Sequence record: MN988522.1
Reading direction: 5' to 3' (one strand)
Length of the DNA: 64,000 bases
Shown here piece by piece: positions 1-9,565 of the stretch. The notes below the pieces were generated by a model. It saw nothing but the letters and a program-made list of their open reading frames with translations. It made no database searches and was not told the DNA's origin. Position 1 is the first letter of the stretch, and each line of letters opens with the position of its first letter. A program made the position numbers and the translations under genes.

Positions 1-2
1 CA

Positions 3-1058
3 TTCAAGTTTCCTGATGAACGAGTTAAGACTAAGATCAAAGACATTGAATGGAATCTGTCGAGAACTGGTCGTATGGTTCCTAAGGCAATCCTGGAACC
101 TGTCAATCTAGCAGGAGCTACGATTTCCAGAGCGACCTTGAACAACTATGAGTACTTGACTGAACTAGGATGCGGTCCAGGATCTGAAGTTGAGATCATT
201 CGATCTAATCTGATTATCCCTAAGATTGTGAAGGTTCTGAATAAGGAACCTGCGAGACGACCACTTGTATGCAATAGATGCTATGAGGTATTGGAGGTCG
301 TAAAGACTGATTTGATGTGCGTCAATGAAATGTGCGCATGTCGAGTTATGTCGTCAGTCAATCGTCTCTTTTCATTGACGAAACCTGACGGTATCGGTGG
401 TAGTGCTTGTACGACTCTCGTTAATGGTCTTGCAATCGATAGTTGGGAGACTGCTAAGTCAAGACTCATAGATCAAGACGTAACTGGTTTGGATAAGATC
501 TTCGGTACAAAGACTGAGACTAAGATTCAGGAAATGATCTCGAAGATCAAGAGTCTGAATCAGATAATCACTGTCAAAGGTGTACTTTATCTCGCGAATA
601 TTCCTAAGCTTGGTAATTCGAGTACAGGACCTATCGCTGAGAATGTCTCAGTGGATGAATTCTTGACTGCTATTCGTGAAGATGAGATTCCTGTTTCATG
701 GAAGCAGTACTGTGCATCTGAACCTGCATTCAACAATCTTCGTAAGTCGATTCAACGAATTCGACTGATATTAGACTTCCTTAATTGGAAGGTCAATGCT
801 GTAGTGAAAGTTGAGAAAGTAGAAACTCGTCTGAAGTACTGCATGACAGGAACATTTAGTAAGAAGAGATCTGAGCTACAAACTGAGTTCTCTAAGTTAG
901 GTCTTGAATTCGTCGATGTCAAGAAAGCTCAAGTCTTGATGTGGGATGGAGAAGATCAGAAGAATAAGTATCATACTGCCAAGAAGCTCGGGATTGAGAT
1001 TATCTCCGAGAAGGAATTCAGAAGTCGATATGTCCAATCAGAAGAAGCCATCGTATAA
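3..1058 (+). CDS. ligA: NAD-dependent DNA ligase, C-terminal part (5' end lies outside window)
   Basis: Frame is open from position 3 (FKFPDERVKT..WNLSRTGRMVPKAILEPV, ligase motif V plus OB fold, RATLNN), followed by a Cys zinc finger, HhH-like region and C-terminal BRCT (CMTGTF...AKKLGIEII). Confidence 0.9.
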   Translation, partial: FKFPDERVKTKIKDIEWNLSRTGRMVPKAILEPVNLAGATISRATLNNYEYLTELGCGPGSEVEIIRSNLIIPKIVKVLNKEPARRPLVCNRCYEVLEVVKTDLMCVNEMCACRVMSSVNRLFSLTKPDGIGGSACTTLVNGLAIDSWETAKSRLIDQDVTGLDKIFGTKTETKIQEMISKIKSLNQIITVKGVLYLANIPKLGNSSTGPIAENVSVDEFLTAIREDEIPVSWKQYCASEPAFNNLRKSIQRIRLILDFLNWKVNAVVKVEKVETRLKYCMTGTFSKKRSELQTEFSKLGLEFVDVKKAQVLMWDGEDQKNKYHTAKKLGIEIISEKEFRSRYVQSEEAIV

Positions 1059-1974
1059 AAAGACTTATGAGATTCTAGATCCTAATGATCCTCCTACTCT
1101 AGCTAAAGAGACGGAGGATCATTATGTATTCTATTGTCCTAATTGTGTTGAGAAAAGAGGAAAGCCTGACAAAGATGGTAGGCTTTATTGGAGTAAGCCT
1201 AAGCAGGTAGGCTACTGCTTCAAATGCGTCACTTCATTCTTTCCTGCAGCAGATGAAAATCTGACTCCTGAGGAGAATGAGCTCTTCCATATGATTGGAC
1301 GAACTCTTTCAAAGATGGATAAAGACGAGTCAATCGTTGATCCTCCACCTATGGACTTCTCATTCGATGCCCTGGATTACGATCTTCTTACTTATTTGAA
1401 GAATCGTAATCCATTTTTGCCGTCTCTAGTGAAATTGCTCGGATGTAGAGCGTGGTATGGCAAGATTAATGGCGTAGCATTTCCATTTATCTACAAAGAT
1501 TACGTAGGTAAATTCCAGGTCCGATTTGATACCAAGATCAAGGATAAGAGATATTATACATCTCCTGGCAAGGACAAGCTACCGTACTCTCCTACAGGTC
1601 TGTTCACTGACTTCAAGTTGAGAGATGAACCTACAATCACAATCTGTGAAGGTGTATTCGATGCTATTGCATTGATGATTCTTGGCTATCCTAATCCAAT
1701 AGCTGTTCTAGGTAAGACATTGACAGCATTCCAAATCAGACTGTTGAGAACTATGATGCCTTCTAATGCATTCGTAGTAATGGATGATTGGGAGATCTCA
1801 AAGGCTATTAAAGGTCAGTTGATGAGCAATGTAATCTCAATGGAAGATGTTCGAATCGTTTCATACGGTGACGACGTTGATCCTGAAGAGTACCTAGTTG
1901 AAGAGATTAAGGATCCTGAGAAATTCAAAGTATACGCTAGTAATGTCGCAGAGATTATCAAAACGTATTCATAA
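1030..1974 (+). CDS. DNA primase (Zn-finger + TOPRIM)
   Basis: CPNC...CFKC zinc-binding motif; TOPRIM motifs ICEGVFDAIAL and VMDD. Start moved from 946 to the ATG at 1030 (MSNQKK) to reduce overlap with the ligase. Confidence 0.85.
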   Translation: MSNQKKPSYKKTYEILDPNDPPTLAKETEDHYVFYCPNCVEKRGKPDKDGRLYWSKPKQVGYCFKCVTSFFPAADENLTPEENELFHMIGRTLSKMDKDESIVDPPPMDFSFDALDYDLLTYLKNRNPFLPSLVKLLGCRAWYGKINGVAFPFIYKDYVGKFQVRFDTKIKDKRYYTSPGKDKLPYSPTGLFTDFKLRDEPTITICEGVFDAIALMILGYPNPIAVLGKTLTAFQIRLLRTMMPSNAFVVMDDWEISKAIKGQLMSNVISMEDVRIVSYGDDVDPEEYLVEEIKDPEKFKVYASNVAEIIKTYS

Positions 1975-2678
1975 TGAAATTCAATATTGTTGAAATGCAA
2001 ATTGATGGATATCTTCGGAAAGGCTCACTTCTTCTGACTAAAGAAGATCTGAAGATCCATATTCCTCGTAAGAAACGAGATCATTATATCGGTATCTCGA
2101 CTATCACAGGATGTGGTAGAATGCTATGGATGAATTATTTTCATCCAGAGCTCATTAAGTGGCCTGATAATTCCAATAATGATCATAAGAGTGCAAGAAT
2201 ATTTGATTACGGTCATATCGTTGAAGACATTGTCGTTCAATGTCTTCTTCTAGGTGGAGCTGAGATCACAGGAACTCAAGATCGATACTCAGACTTTGGT
2301 GGAGTATTCAAAGGTCACTCAGATGGTATTATCAACGGGAAGCTCGTTGGTGAAATCAAGTCAATGAACGAAGACTCATTTAATGACTGGATAGAACGAG
2401 GTACTCGTAAGTCTAAGTGGGGATATTATGTTCAGACTTTGATGTACGAATACTACTCCAAAACGTATGATGGAGTACTCATCTCGGCTAACAAGAATCG
2501 TGCCATCATGAAGTGCGAACACATTCCCTATGACGAAGAAGTAGTCAATTTTCATCTAGAGAAAGCTAAGAATATCGCTGAAGCTAAAAGCATGTGGCAT
2601 ATCGAGAAAGAATTCATTGAACAAGATATCGATAAGTGCACATTCTGTCCTCTGAGGAAAGCTTGTCATGGTTACTAA
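1974..2678 (+). CDS. PD-(D/E)XK Cas4/RecB-like exonuclease with Fe-S cysteines
   Basis: STITGCGR, GHSDG...GEIKS, QTLMY and C-terminal CTFCPLRKAC. Confidence 0.8.
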   Translation: MKFNIVEMQIDGYLRKGSLLLTKEDLKIHIPRKKRDHYIGISTITGCGRMLWMNYFHPELIKWPDNSNNDHKSARIFDYGHIVEDIVVQCLLLGGAEITGTQDRYSDFGGVFKGHSDGIINGKLVGEIKSMNEDSFNDWIERGTRKSKWGYYVQTLMYEYYSKTYDGVLISANKNRAIMKCEHIPYDEEVVNFHLEKAKNIAEAKSMWHIEKEFIEQDIDKCTFCPLRKACHGY

Positions 2679-2973
2679 AGTAGTCAATATGCACAAAGAT
2701 CGTCATTTTGATATCGATATCACACGCAATGGAATGTATGGCAACCCATTTATTCTTGGTAAAGATGGTGATCGAGTAAATGTAATTAACAAATTTAGAG
2801 ACTGGATCAAAGGTATTAGTTGTCAAGAAGTGGAGCCAATTCGACGTAGAAGCATAGTTGAAAGCCTTCCTTCTATGAAGGATAAGGTACTAGGATGTGT
2901 ATGTGCTCCTAATCCTTGTCATGGTGATGTTTATGTGGATTTCATTGAAGGAGTTGAAGAGATAATATGTTGA
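2668..2973 (+). CDS. DUF4326-like protein
   Basis: YGNPF...KVLGCVCAPNPCHGDV signature. Confidence 0.75.
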   Translation: MVTKVVNMHKDRHFDIDITRNGMYGNPFILGKDGDRVNVINKFRDWIKGISCQEVEPIRRRSIVESLPSMKDKVLGCVCAPNPCHGDVYVDFIEGVEEIIC

Positions 2974-3470
2974 AATGGCGTAAGAGATTTCTTAGGTTGG
3001 CTAGAGAGGTCGCATCCTGGAGTAAAGATCCTTCGACAAAAGTTGGATGTGTAGTAGTCGACCCTAAGACTAAGAAGATTATCTCACTCTCATACAATGG
3101 ATTTCCTCGCAATCATCCTGACGATGAAGAGTTGTACAAAGACCGACAGTATAAGCTTGATAATATTATCCATGCAGAGATGAATTCGGTCATCGGTAAT
3201 GATGTCAACGGGATGGATTTATATGTCTGGCCATTCTTCTGTTGTTCAAATTGTGCTAAACATGTAGTTCAATCAGGTATTAAGATGGTATGTTCATCTA
3301 ATCTTACACCTGAAAGATGGATAGATGATCTTAACAAATCTAAGAGTATATTTGAAACTAGTGAAGTTGAATATATTATCTTCAAAGATAAATTCCTAGA
3401 TATGTCCGAAGATGAAATAGAAATCGAAGTCATAGTAGATGAAGGTTATATTAAACCTGCAAGTTGGTAA
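2967..3470 (+). CDS. dCMP deaminase
   Basis: SKDPSTKVGC, YNGFPR, HAEMN and CCSNC zinc motifs. Confidence 0.92.
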   Translation: MLKWRKRFLRLAREVASWSKDPSTKVGCVVVDPKTKKIISLSYNGFPRNHPDDEELYKDRQYKLDNIIHAEMNSVIGNDVNGMDLYVWPFFCCSNCAKHVVQSGIKMVCSSNLTPERWIDDLNKSKSIFETSEVEYIIFKDKFLDMSEDEIEIEVIVDEGYIKPASW

Positions 3471-5185
3471 TAATGGCATCTCGTAGAATTTACAGTCAGC
3501 AAGAAATTGATAAGATTACTCCAATGGTCTGGAGGGAGATTGATAAACAATTTCCTTTCGATAGTGCTCGTTCAGGTCAGAAAGATCTGATTTTCAGAAT
3601 TGTTAAAGCTTATATGGAAGGCAAGAAGTACTTCATTCTTGAAGCTCCTACTGGTACAGGTAAGTCAGTTATTGGTACAACTGCTGCAAAAGTGATTTCA
3701 GCACTATTCACTCTAGAAGCAGAAGACGATAAGAAGGCTCCTCCTAGCAATAGTTGTGTATGTACTAAGACGAAAGCACTTCAGAAACAGTACTCTGACT
3801 CCTTTCCAGATATCGTTACACTCTGGTCAAAGACAGGATATCCTTGTAACCTAGAACCGTACAATCCGGATGCTTATTACGGATCGTATACATGTTCCAA
3901 GAAGTACTGCAAGCTATTCAATGAATGTAATTTCAGAGTAGCTCGTGAGAAGTTTAACAGTGCTAGTACTGGTACACTCAACTATGCGTACTACTTGAAT
4001 TTTCGTCATTATCGATCAAAAGTACTAGTGCTTGACGAATGCCATACACTAGAGCAAGTTCTATGCAATCACCTGAGTGTTAAGTTCAATGTAGAATTCA
4101 CTCATCGTACTCTACAAGTTATGCTTAAGTACGATTTGATATCCTCTGAACTAGCTTCTAAACTTTATGCACTGCTGACTAATGCGATTTCTATCAAGGA
4201 TACAATGCCGAGATGGTTTCTTGTTATGAAGTCGATCATTCAAGCTATGAAGCCTATTGTATCCCTGATGGTATCGAATTTTAATAGTCTTCAGGATGAA
4301 ATTGATATGGGTAACTATACAATTGATCCTACGGCTAAGAAGAATCTGTACCATCATGCTGGTTTAGTGAATACTCTAGAAGGTAAGTTACAGAAGCTAC
4401 TTCATTCTTCTGTTGAATGGGTTATTTCTGAACGTAAGGACAATGACTTCATTGAATTGAAGCCTGTGGAATTGCATGAAGAGGCACATATTCTATTCAA
4501 TAGATGTGAGTTCGCAATCTTAATGTCTGCTACGATCTGTGGTATTCAAGTCTTCGCAGAGAATCTTGGCATCAAGTTACATGAGTATTCATCAACTCAG
4601 TTGAATTCTACTGTACCTATTGAGAATCGTCGAGTATATTCTGTTGGACTACCTTCATTCTCTCGTGAAACTAAAGAAGAAGTATTTCCACTTTATGTCC
4701 ATGTTATGGACGAGTTGATTAGTCAATTTGCACCTAATGATCGAGGAATCATTCATAGTGTATCTTACGATAATGCGAGATTTATCGTTGATAATTCTAA
4801 GCATTCTCACCGTATGAAGATTCCTGAATCTTACGAATTGATGCATATCAAAGACTATATGTCAATGGAAGATGATCGTATTATCGTGACTCCTGCAGCA
4901 ATCGAAGGTCTTGATCTTGAAGGTGATCTATCCAGATTTCAAGCATTCTTGAAAGTACCTTATCCATATCTTGGAGACAAGTGGGTAGCTCGTAAGAAAG
5001 AAATCAGTAATGATTGGTACCTGCGAGAGACTATCTCAGCTATCGTACAAGGTGCTGGACGAAGCGTTCGTGGTGGTGATGATTATGCTACCACTTTTAT
5101 TATGGATAGTAATTTTGATCGCTTAACTTATCGAGGAGATTTGATTCCTCAATGGTTCAGTGAAGCTATTGTTAAATTAGGTTAA
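3464..5185 (+). CDS. SF2 helicase, DinG/XPD-like
   Basis: Walker A APTGTGKS, Cys cluster (CNL..TCSKKYC..NEC), DECH box, motif VI QGAGRSVR. Confidence 0.85.
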   Translation: MVIMASRRIYSQQEIDKITPMVWREIDKQFPFDSARSGQKDLIFRIVKAYMEGKKYFILEAPTGTGKSVIGTTAAKVISALFTLEAEDDKKAPPSNSCVCTKTKALQKQYSDSFPDIVTLWSKTGYPCNLEPYNPDAYYGSYTCSKKYCKLFNECNFRVAREKFNSASTGTLNYAYYLNFRHYRSKVLVLDECHTLEQVLCNHLSVKFNVEFTHRTLQVMLKYDLISSELASKLYALLTNAISIKDTMPRWFLVMKSIIQAMKPIVSLMVSNFNSLQDEIDMGNYTIDPTAKKNLYHHAGLVNTLEGKLQKLLHSSVEWVISERKDNDFIELKPVELHEEAHILFNRCEFAILMSATICGIQVFAENLGIKLHEYSSTQLNSTVPIENRRVYSVGLPSFSRETKEEVFPLYVHVMDELISQFAPNDRGIIHSVSYDNARFIVDNSKHSHRMKIPESYELMHIKDYMSMEDDRIIVTPAAIEGLDLEGDLSRFQAFLKVPYPYLGDKWVARKKEISNDWYLRETISAIVQGAGRSVRGGDDYATTFIMDSNFDRLTYRGDLIPQWFSEAIVKLG

Positions 5186-5187
5186 TT

Positions 5188-5496
5188 ATGAGCAAATATC
5201 GTACAGTACATACTCTCAAAACGCTTGCACCATTCTACTATGCTGTAATGGGTGGTGAGAAGACATTTGAGATTCGTAAGAATGACCGACAATTTCAGAA
5301 GGGTGATCTTCTAGTCCTTGATCTTTACGAACCAGATGCTCAAACAAAGAATAGTGTGATTAGACCAGTATCTATTTACTGTGAAGTAACTTGGGTACTC
5401 GCTGGAGGTCAATTTGGTATTGAGCCAGGATATGCAGGACTAGCTATTCGTAATCTTGTTTTGCAGGAATTCAACGAATTAAGAGGTCCTTTCTGA
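5188..5496 (+). CDS. ASCH/PUA-like (DUF3850-type) protein
   Basis: GEKTFEIRKNDRQFQKGDLLVL signature. Confidence 0.75.
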   Translation: MSKYRTVHTLKTLAPFYYAVMGGEKTFEIRKNDRQFQKGDLLVLDLYEPDAQTKNSVIRPVSIYCEVTWVLAGGQFGIEPGYAGLAIRNLVLQEFNELRGPF

Positions 5497-5503
5497 TATT
5501 ATT

Positions 5504-5532
5504 CAGCGAATCTGACGTCTAAAAGCCTTCCT
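5504..5532 (+). promoter_or_regulatory. Bipartite motif CAGCGAA-N12-AAGCCTTCCT, candidate phage-specific promoter (copy 1)
   Basis: Intergenic, 32 nt upstream of the HD/polymerase operon; identical boxes and spacing at 17112-17140 (-) and 63734-63762 (+). Confidence 0.65.
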
Positions 5533-5564
5533 TTCTACGACCCCTTAGATGAGATCGATACTTT

Positions 5565-6236
5565 ATGAAAGACATTGTCTTTAATCCTCTCCTTAAGATC
5601 TCTAGTGTGAACCGGTATTCCGGAGTTTATCTGACCAAGAATGAGTCAGTTTCAGATCACACTACTCAAACTGGATTACTATGTATTCTAGTTGGCAACG
5701 AGATCAATAAACGTCTTGCGAAATTGAAATCCTCTGTTAGAGTGAATCTCGAGAAATTAGCCTACAAGGCTTTAATCCACGATCTCGAGGAATCCAAGAC
5801 TTGTGACACTCCTAGAAATGTTAAATACTTCAATGACTTGATTTATCAAGAATTTGAGAGAATGGGTGATCAGGTTGTTCTTGAACTATCTGAACTCTAT
5901 GAATTTCCTGAGCTCTATGAGCAATGGAAAAATGCTAAGGATAAGACTCTAGAAGGGTATATTCTTAAAATCTGCGATATGATTCATGTCGTACGTAAAC
6001 TAGTTGATGAAGTTGTACTTCTTGGAAATCTTAACATGCTTCAGGTAGCACTGGAGTTGAAGGATCATCTGAAGAAGACTCACGATTATATTAATAAGAT
6101 TACAGATCTACCTGCTGAAGCGATTGACGTCTTTAATGAATTGACGATTTTCTCATTGGATACCGTTAACTATATTCTTAAGAAACATCAATCGGAGATT
6201 ACAGATTATAACTTTACATCTCTGAAGAGCGCATAA
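5565..6236 (+). CDS. HD-domain 5'-deoxynucleotidase (YfbR-like)
   Basis: NRY...ESVSDH...HDLEES..CDTPRNVKYFN...KICD matches the YfbR pattern; its stop overlaps the polymerase start (TAATG). Confidence 0.8.
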   Translation: MKDIVFNPLLKISSVNRYSGVYLTKNESVSDHTTQTGLLCILVGNEINKRLAKLKSSVRVNLEKLAYKALIHDLEESKTCDTPRNVKYFNDLIYQEFERMGDQVVLELSELYEFPELYEQWKNAKDKTLEGYILKICDMIHVVRKLVDEVVLLGNLNMLQVALELKDHLKKTHDYINKITDLPAEAIDVFNELTIFSLDTVNYILKKHQSEITDYNFTSLKSA

Positions 6237-9200
6237 TGTCCTTAGAAATTGAATCCATTATTAACAAAGTTGATCTGACTAGTGATGTTCGTGTATGTCA
6301 CATGTGCCCACTAGCTGAGAAGTTTGGTGGATGTGATAATCTTGGACGAGTATCTTTTGAGATTGTAGGTCAGAATCCTAAGGTTCTACTTGTAGGTGAA
6401 GCACCTGCAGCTGAGGATCTGAAATCTGAACGACCATTCAGTAGTCAGTCTGGTTCATTCTTGAGAATGGCGATGGCTGAAATTGGCATTAATGATTACG
6501 CTCTAGCGAATGTGATCATGTGTCAACCTAAGAGTGTAAATATCTACACTCCGACTCCTGAAGAGTCCGCTCACTGTAAAGCACATATTCAAAGATTTGT
6601 TGAAAAGTACAAACCTGAGACAGTCATCTTGCTCGGACGAGGAGCATATGAAGTCATTCTACCAGAGAGTTACTTCGCAGGTCAGTCAGTTACGAATGTA
6701 ACCAAGAAGAAGGCTATCGAAATTGATGGTGTACGTTATGGAGCAGCATTTCATCCATCGTATATCTTCCGTAATGGTGGTAAAGAATCACCACAGTACA
6801 TCGACTTCTTGAATCGATTGAGACGACTGACTCAGAATAGTGTTGATGCAGAATTCATCGTACCGTTTAAGATCGTTAATCTCGATCAACTAGATGAGAC
6901 TCTCGAAGAGTTTGATGTCTACAAAGAACTAGGCTTCGACTATGAAGGTACCTCGCTTGATCCGTATGACGTCAATTATCAGGTTCTCGGACTTGGTATG
7001 TCATCGATGGACAAGGCAGTTTATATCGACTTTCATCGAGAGCCTACTCAAGAAGAAAAGAATAAGATATCTGACTTCATTCGTAAGAAGCAGATGTGGG
7101 TTTATAACGTCAACTATGAAACCAAAGTTACATGGTCTAAGTTGAGTAATGATCTTATTCGATTCCACGATGCGATGACTCTTGTAAAGATCGACTGTTC
7201 TCCTGGATCACTGAAGGACAATGCTCGTAAATATCTGAATGCAGAAATCTGGGAAGAGATCGTAGGTAACTTGACTACCTTGTTCTACGATATCTTCCAA
7301 TTTATGAAGAAGATTGAGGAGAAATCTCCTAAACTATATAATGCTTGTAGACAAGCTAATATGGAGGCGATCTATCTTCTTAAGGAAGATACTGCTGAGA
7401 AAATCACTGGTGGTAAGAAGAATCCTAAGGTTACGAGATATCGTACCAAGCAGGCAGATCATGCAGACTACATATCTGCTAAGATCTCTGCACTTAGAGA
7501 ATTCTGCTCTGATGAAGATATCCAACGTGGATTTACTAAGTTTCCTTACGAGTGGGCAGCTGTTCCTCCGAAGATTCTAGGTGAATACTGCTGCTACGAC
7601 TCTTATTACACACTAGGTCTTAAGAATCATCTGTGGGATAAGTATAAGAGCGTTTACCAGTATTATATCACCCAAGGGTGGCTAGGCTCTACGATGGAGA
7701 GCTATGGTCTGAATTGGGATGATGATAAAGCTTCTGAGCATGAACGATTCTATCTCGTTGAAGCTACGACATGCTTGAATCAGATCATTCAGAAATTGGA
7801 TTTTGGTGAGAAAACTCTTGATATTCATACAAGAGCAAGCATGATTTTCAATGACTCTAGTCTTCCTGATGCTAGGAAACTCATTGATCTGAAAGGTATC
7901 TTTAATCCAGGTACTCCAGATAAACTTAAACAGAAACCCTTCTGGGATAAGTACGTAACTGACTTTACGACTGCAATATCCATCTATCTTGTTCTCAGTG
8001 AACAGATTCTAATGTCTCCAATCATTCCTGACCAAGCGATTGAGTTAGTCGATCGTCAAGATCTCAATAAAGCTATTGAGAATTTGATGTCAGTAGATTG
8101 GACTAAGTACGATGGAGTTGATCTTAAGACTGCCAAGTCAATTCAGAAATTGATGATGGATCTTATTGGTACACTCGATGAGAAGATCGGATGGAAGCTA
8201 TATGCATTCAGAAGTGATGTTCTAGAGTGGCAATATAAAGCTCACGAAACGTACGGTGGACTAGATATCGACAATCGTGAGACTTGGACTCCTGAGTTCG
8301 AGTTGTTATATCTTCTGAGAAGATATAAAAAGGTTGAGAAGAGTAAGAATACGTACATCAATGGTAAGGTAGGTAGAGCACGAGTATGGTTGTCGACAGT
8401 CGATGATTACCAGAAGCCTCCTGTTCGACTGAAGCGTTACTTTGATGTTATGGAAGAGAGACAGTGGAAGAAGTATGAACTTCAGCATAACGAGAGATGG
8501 ATTCTTGATACAGAATTCAATGTTGCTGGTGCAAATACTAAACGATGGAAAGCAGCTATTCATACTGTTCCATGGGGATCAGAACTCCGAGAGATCTATG
8601 CATCTCGTTGGTGGGATGGTCTGTTTATGCATTACGACTACTCTCAGGCAGAAGTTCGAATTCTAGCAGCTATCTCTCAGGATAGAGCACTACTGGAAGC
8701 ATTCGCTGATCCTGATACTGACATTCACATGTTCGTTGCATCTCGAATCTGGAAGAAAGATCCTAAGGATGTGACTCCAGCTGAGCGTCGATATGCTAAG
8801 GTCTGCTCGTTCTCGATTTTGTACGGTAAGTCTATCGAAGGATTTGCTACTGAACATACCAAGGGTGATGTTGCAGCAGCTAAGCGTATCTTTGATGACT
8901 TCTATGCAGCATTCCCTCAAGTTAAGGAGTGGATTGAGAAACAGCATAGAGATGCGAAAGTATCTGGTAAGGTCTTTACCTTATTCGGAGATCCTCTGTA
9001 TCTTGATATGTCGGACCCTAATGGTGCTATGCGTGATGCTCAAAACTGGCCAATTCAGTCCTCGAGCAGCTGTGTAGCAGGATGGGCTATCTGGATGAAC
9101 TACGAGTTTTCTAGAAATAGAAACATTCCGATTCTTCCAATGGTCTTTACTCACGACTCTCACGATATGGAATTCAGATGTCAACATCTATTCGAGACGA

Positions 9201-9565
9201 TTGATACTGTTCTCGAAACTGCAGTTGATCTACCTAAGCGTAGATTTAATCTTCCGATGAAGATCGACTGGGAAATCGGTGTTAATCAGTCTGATGCAAT
9301 TGAGTTCAAAGAAACATCTCGATTTGATGAAGGTCGAGGTCGTACGTATCACTTTGAATGCAATGAAAATGCAATGATGCCTGTATTCGATCGTCTAAAG
9401 AACTACTTTGACATCGAATATGAAGTCACTTCTAGAGAGACTGAGAGAGCATCGCTGAAAGAAATGTTCGTTGCAAGACGAGCATTCTCTAAGTATCTTG
9501 GTACAGATGTAACCGTCGTAGGTGGTAACCTCAAACTAGTGAAGAAAAATGGGATAAAAATATGA
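6236..9565 (+). CDS. polA: Family A DNA polymerase with N-terminal family-4 uracil-DNA glycosylase domain and 3'-5' exonuclease
   Basis: UDG: CHMC, VGEAP, RPF, ANVIMC, FHPSY. Exo: FDYE, YCCYD. Pol motif A DYSQAEVRILA, motif B RRYAKVCSFSILYG, motif C THDS. Confidence 0.92.
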   Translation: MSLEIESIINKVDLTSDVRVCHMCPLAEKFGGCDNLGRVSFEIVGQNPKVLLVGEAPAAEDLKSERPFSSQSGSFLRMAMAEIGINDYALANVIMCQPKSVNIYTPTPEESAHCKAHIQRFVEKYKPETVILLGRGAYEVILPESYFAGQSVTNVTKKKAIEIDGVRYGAAFHPSYIFRNGGKESPQYIDFLNRLRRLTQNSVDAEFIVPFKIVNLDQLDETLEEFDVYKELGFDYEGTSLDPYDVNYQVLGLGMSSMDKAVYIDFHREPTQEEKNKISDFIRKKQMWVYNVNYETKVTWSKLSNDLIRFHDAMTLVKIDCSPGSLKDNARKYLNAEIWEEIVGNLTTLFYDIFQFMKKIEEKSPKLYNACRQANMEAIYLLKEDTAEKITGGKKNPKVTRYRTKQADHADYISAKISALREFCSDEDIQRGFTKFPYEWAAVPPKILGEYCCYDSYYTLGLKNHLWDKYKSVYQYYITQGWLGSTMESYGLNWDDDKASEHERFYLVEATTCLNQIIQKLDFGEKTLDIHTRASMIFNDSSLPDARKLIDLKGIFNPGTPDKLKQKPFWDKYVTDFTTAISIYLVLSEQILMSPIIPDQAIELVDRQDLNKAIENLMSVDWTKYDGVDLKTAKSIQKLMMDLIGTLDEKIGWKLYAFRSDVLEWQYKAHETYGGLDIDNRETWTPEFELLYLLRRYKKVEKSKNTYINGKVGRARVWLSTVDDYQKPPVRLKRYFDVMEERQWKKYELQHNERWILDTEFNVAGANTKRWKAAIHTVPWGSELREIYASRWWDGLFMHYDYSQAEVRILAAISQDRALLEAFADPDTDIHMFVASRIWKKDPKDVTPAERRYAKVCSFSILYGKSIEGFATEHTKGDVAAAKRIFDDFYAAFPQVKEWIEKQHRDAKVSGKVFTLFGDPLYLDMSDPNGAMRDAQNWPIQSSSSCVAGWAIWMNYEFSRNRNIPILPMVFTHDSHDMEFRCQHLFETIDTVLETAVDLPKRRFNLPMKIDWEIGVNQSDAIEFKETSRFDEGRGRTYHFECNENAMMPVFDRLKNYFDIEYEVTSRETERASLKEMFVARRAFSKYLGTDVTVVGGNLKLVKKNGIKI

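Noticed and set aside
946-1029. Longer primase start at 946 (likewise the track starts at 16263, 26592, 29751, 39771 and 54700)
   Set aside because: These overlap upstream genes or lack an SD; downstream ATGs with an SD or stop-start overlap fit better.
1974-2678. CRISPR-Cas system suggested by the Cas4-like gene
   Set aside because: No repeat-spacer array and no cas1/cas2 or effector genes are visible; solo Cas4-like nucleases are common in phages.
2862-2871. AAGCCTTCCT half-sites at 2862-2871 (+) and 54155-54164 (-)
   Set aside because: Both lie inside coding regions and lack CAGCGAA at the 12-nt spacing.
5565-9565. Z-genome (purZ/datZ/dpoZ) cluster
   Set aside because: No PurZ or MazZ in the window, and the HD protein is closer to YfbR (VKYFN motif) than to DatZ; kept only as a general modified-base hypothesis.
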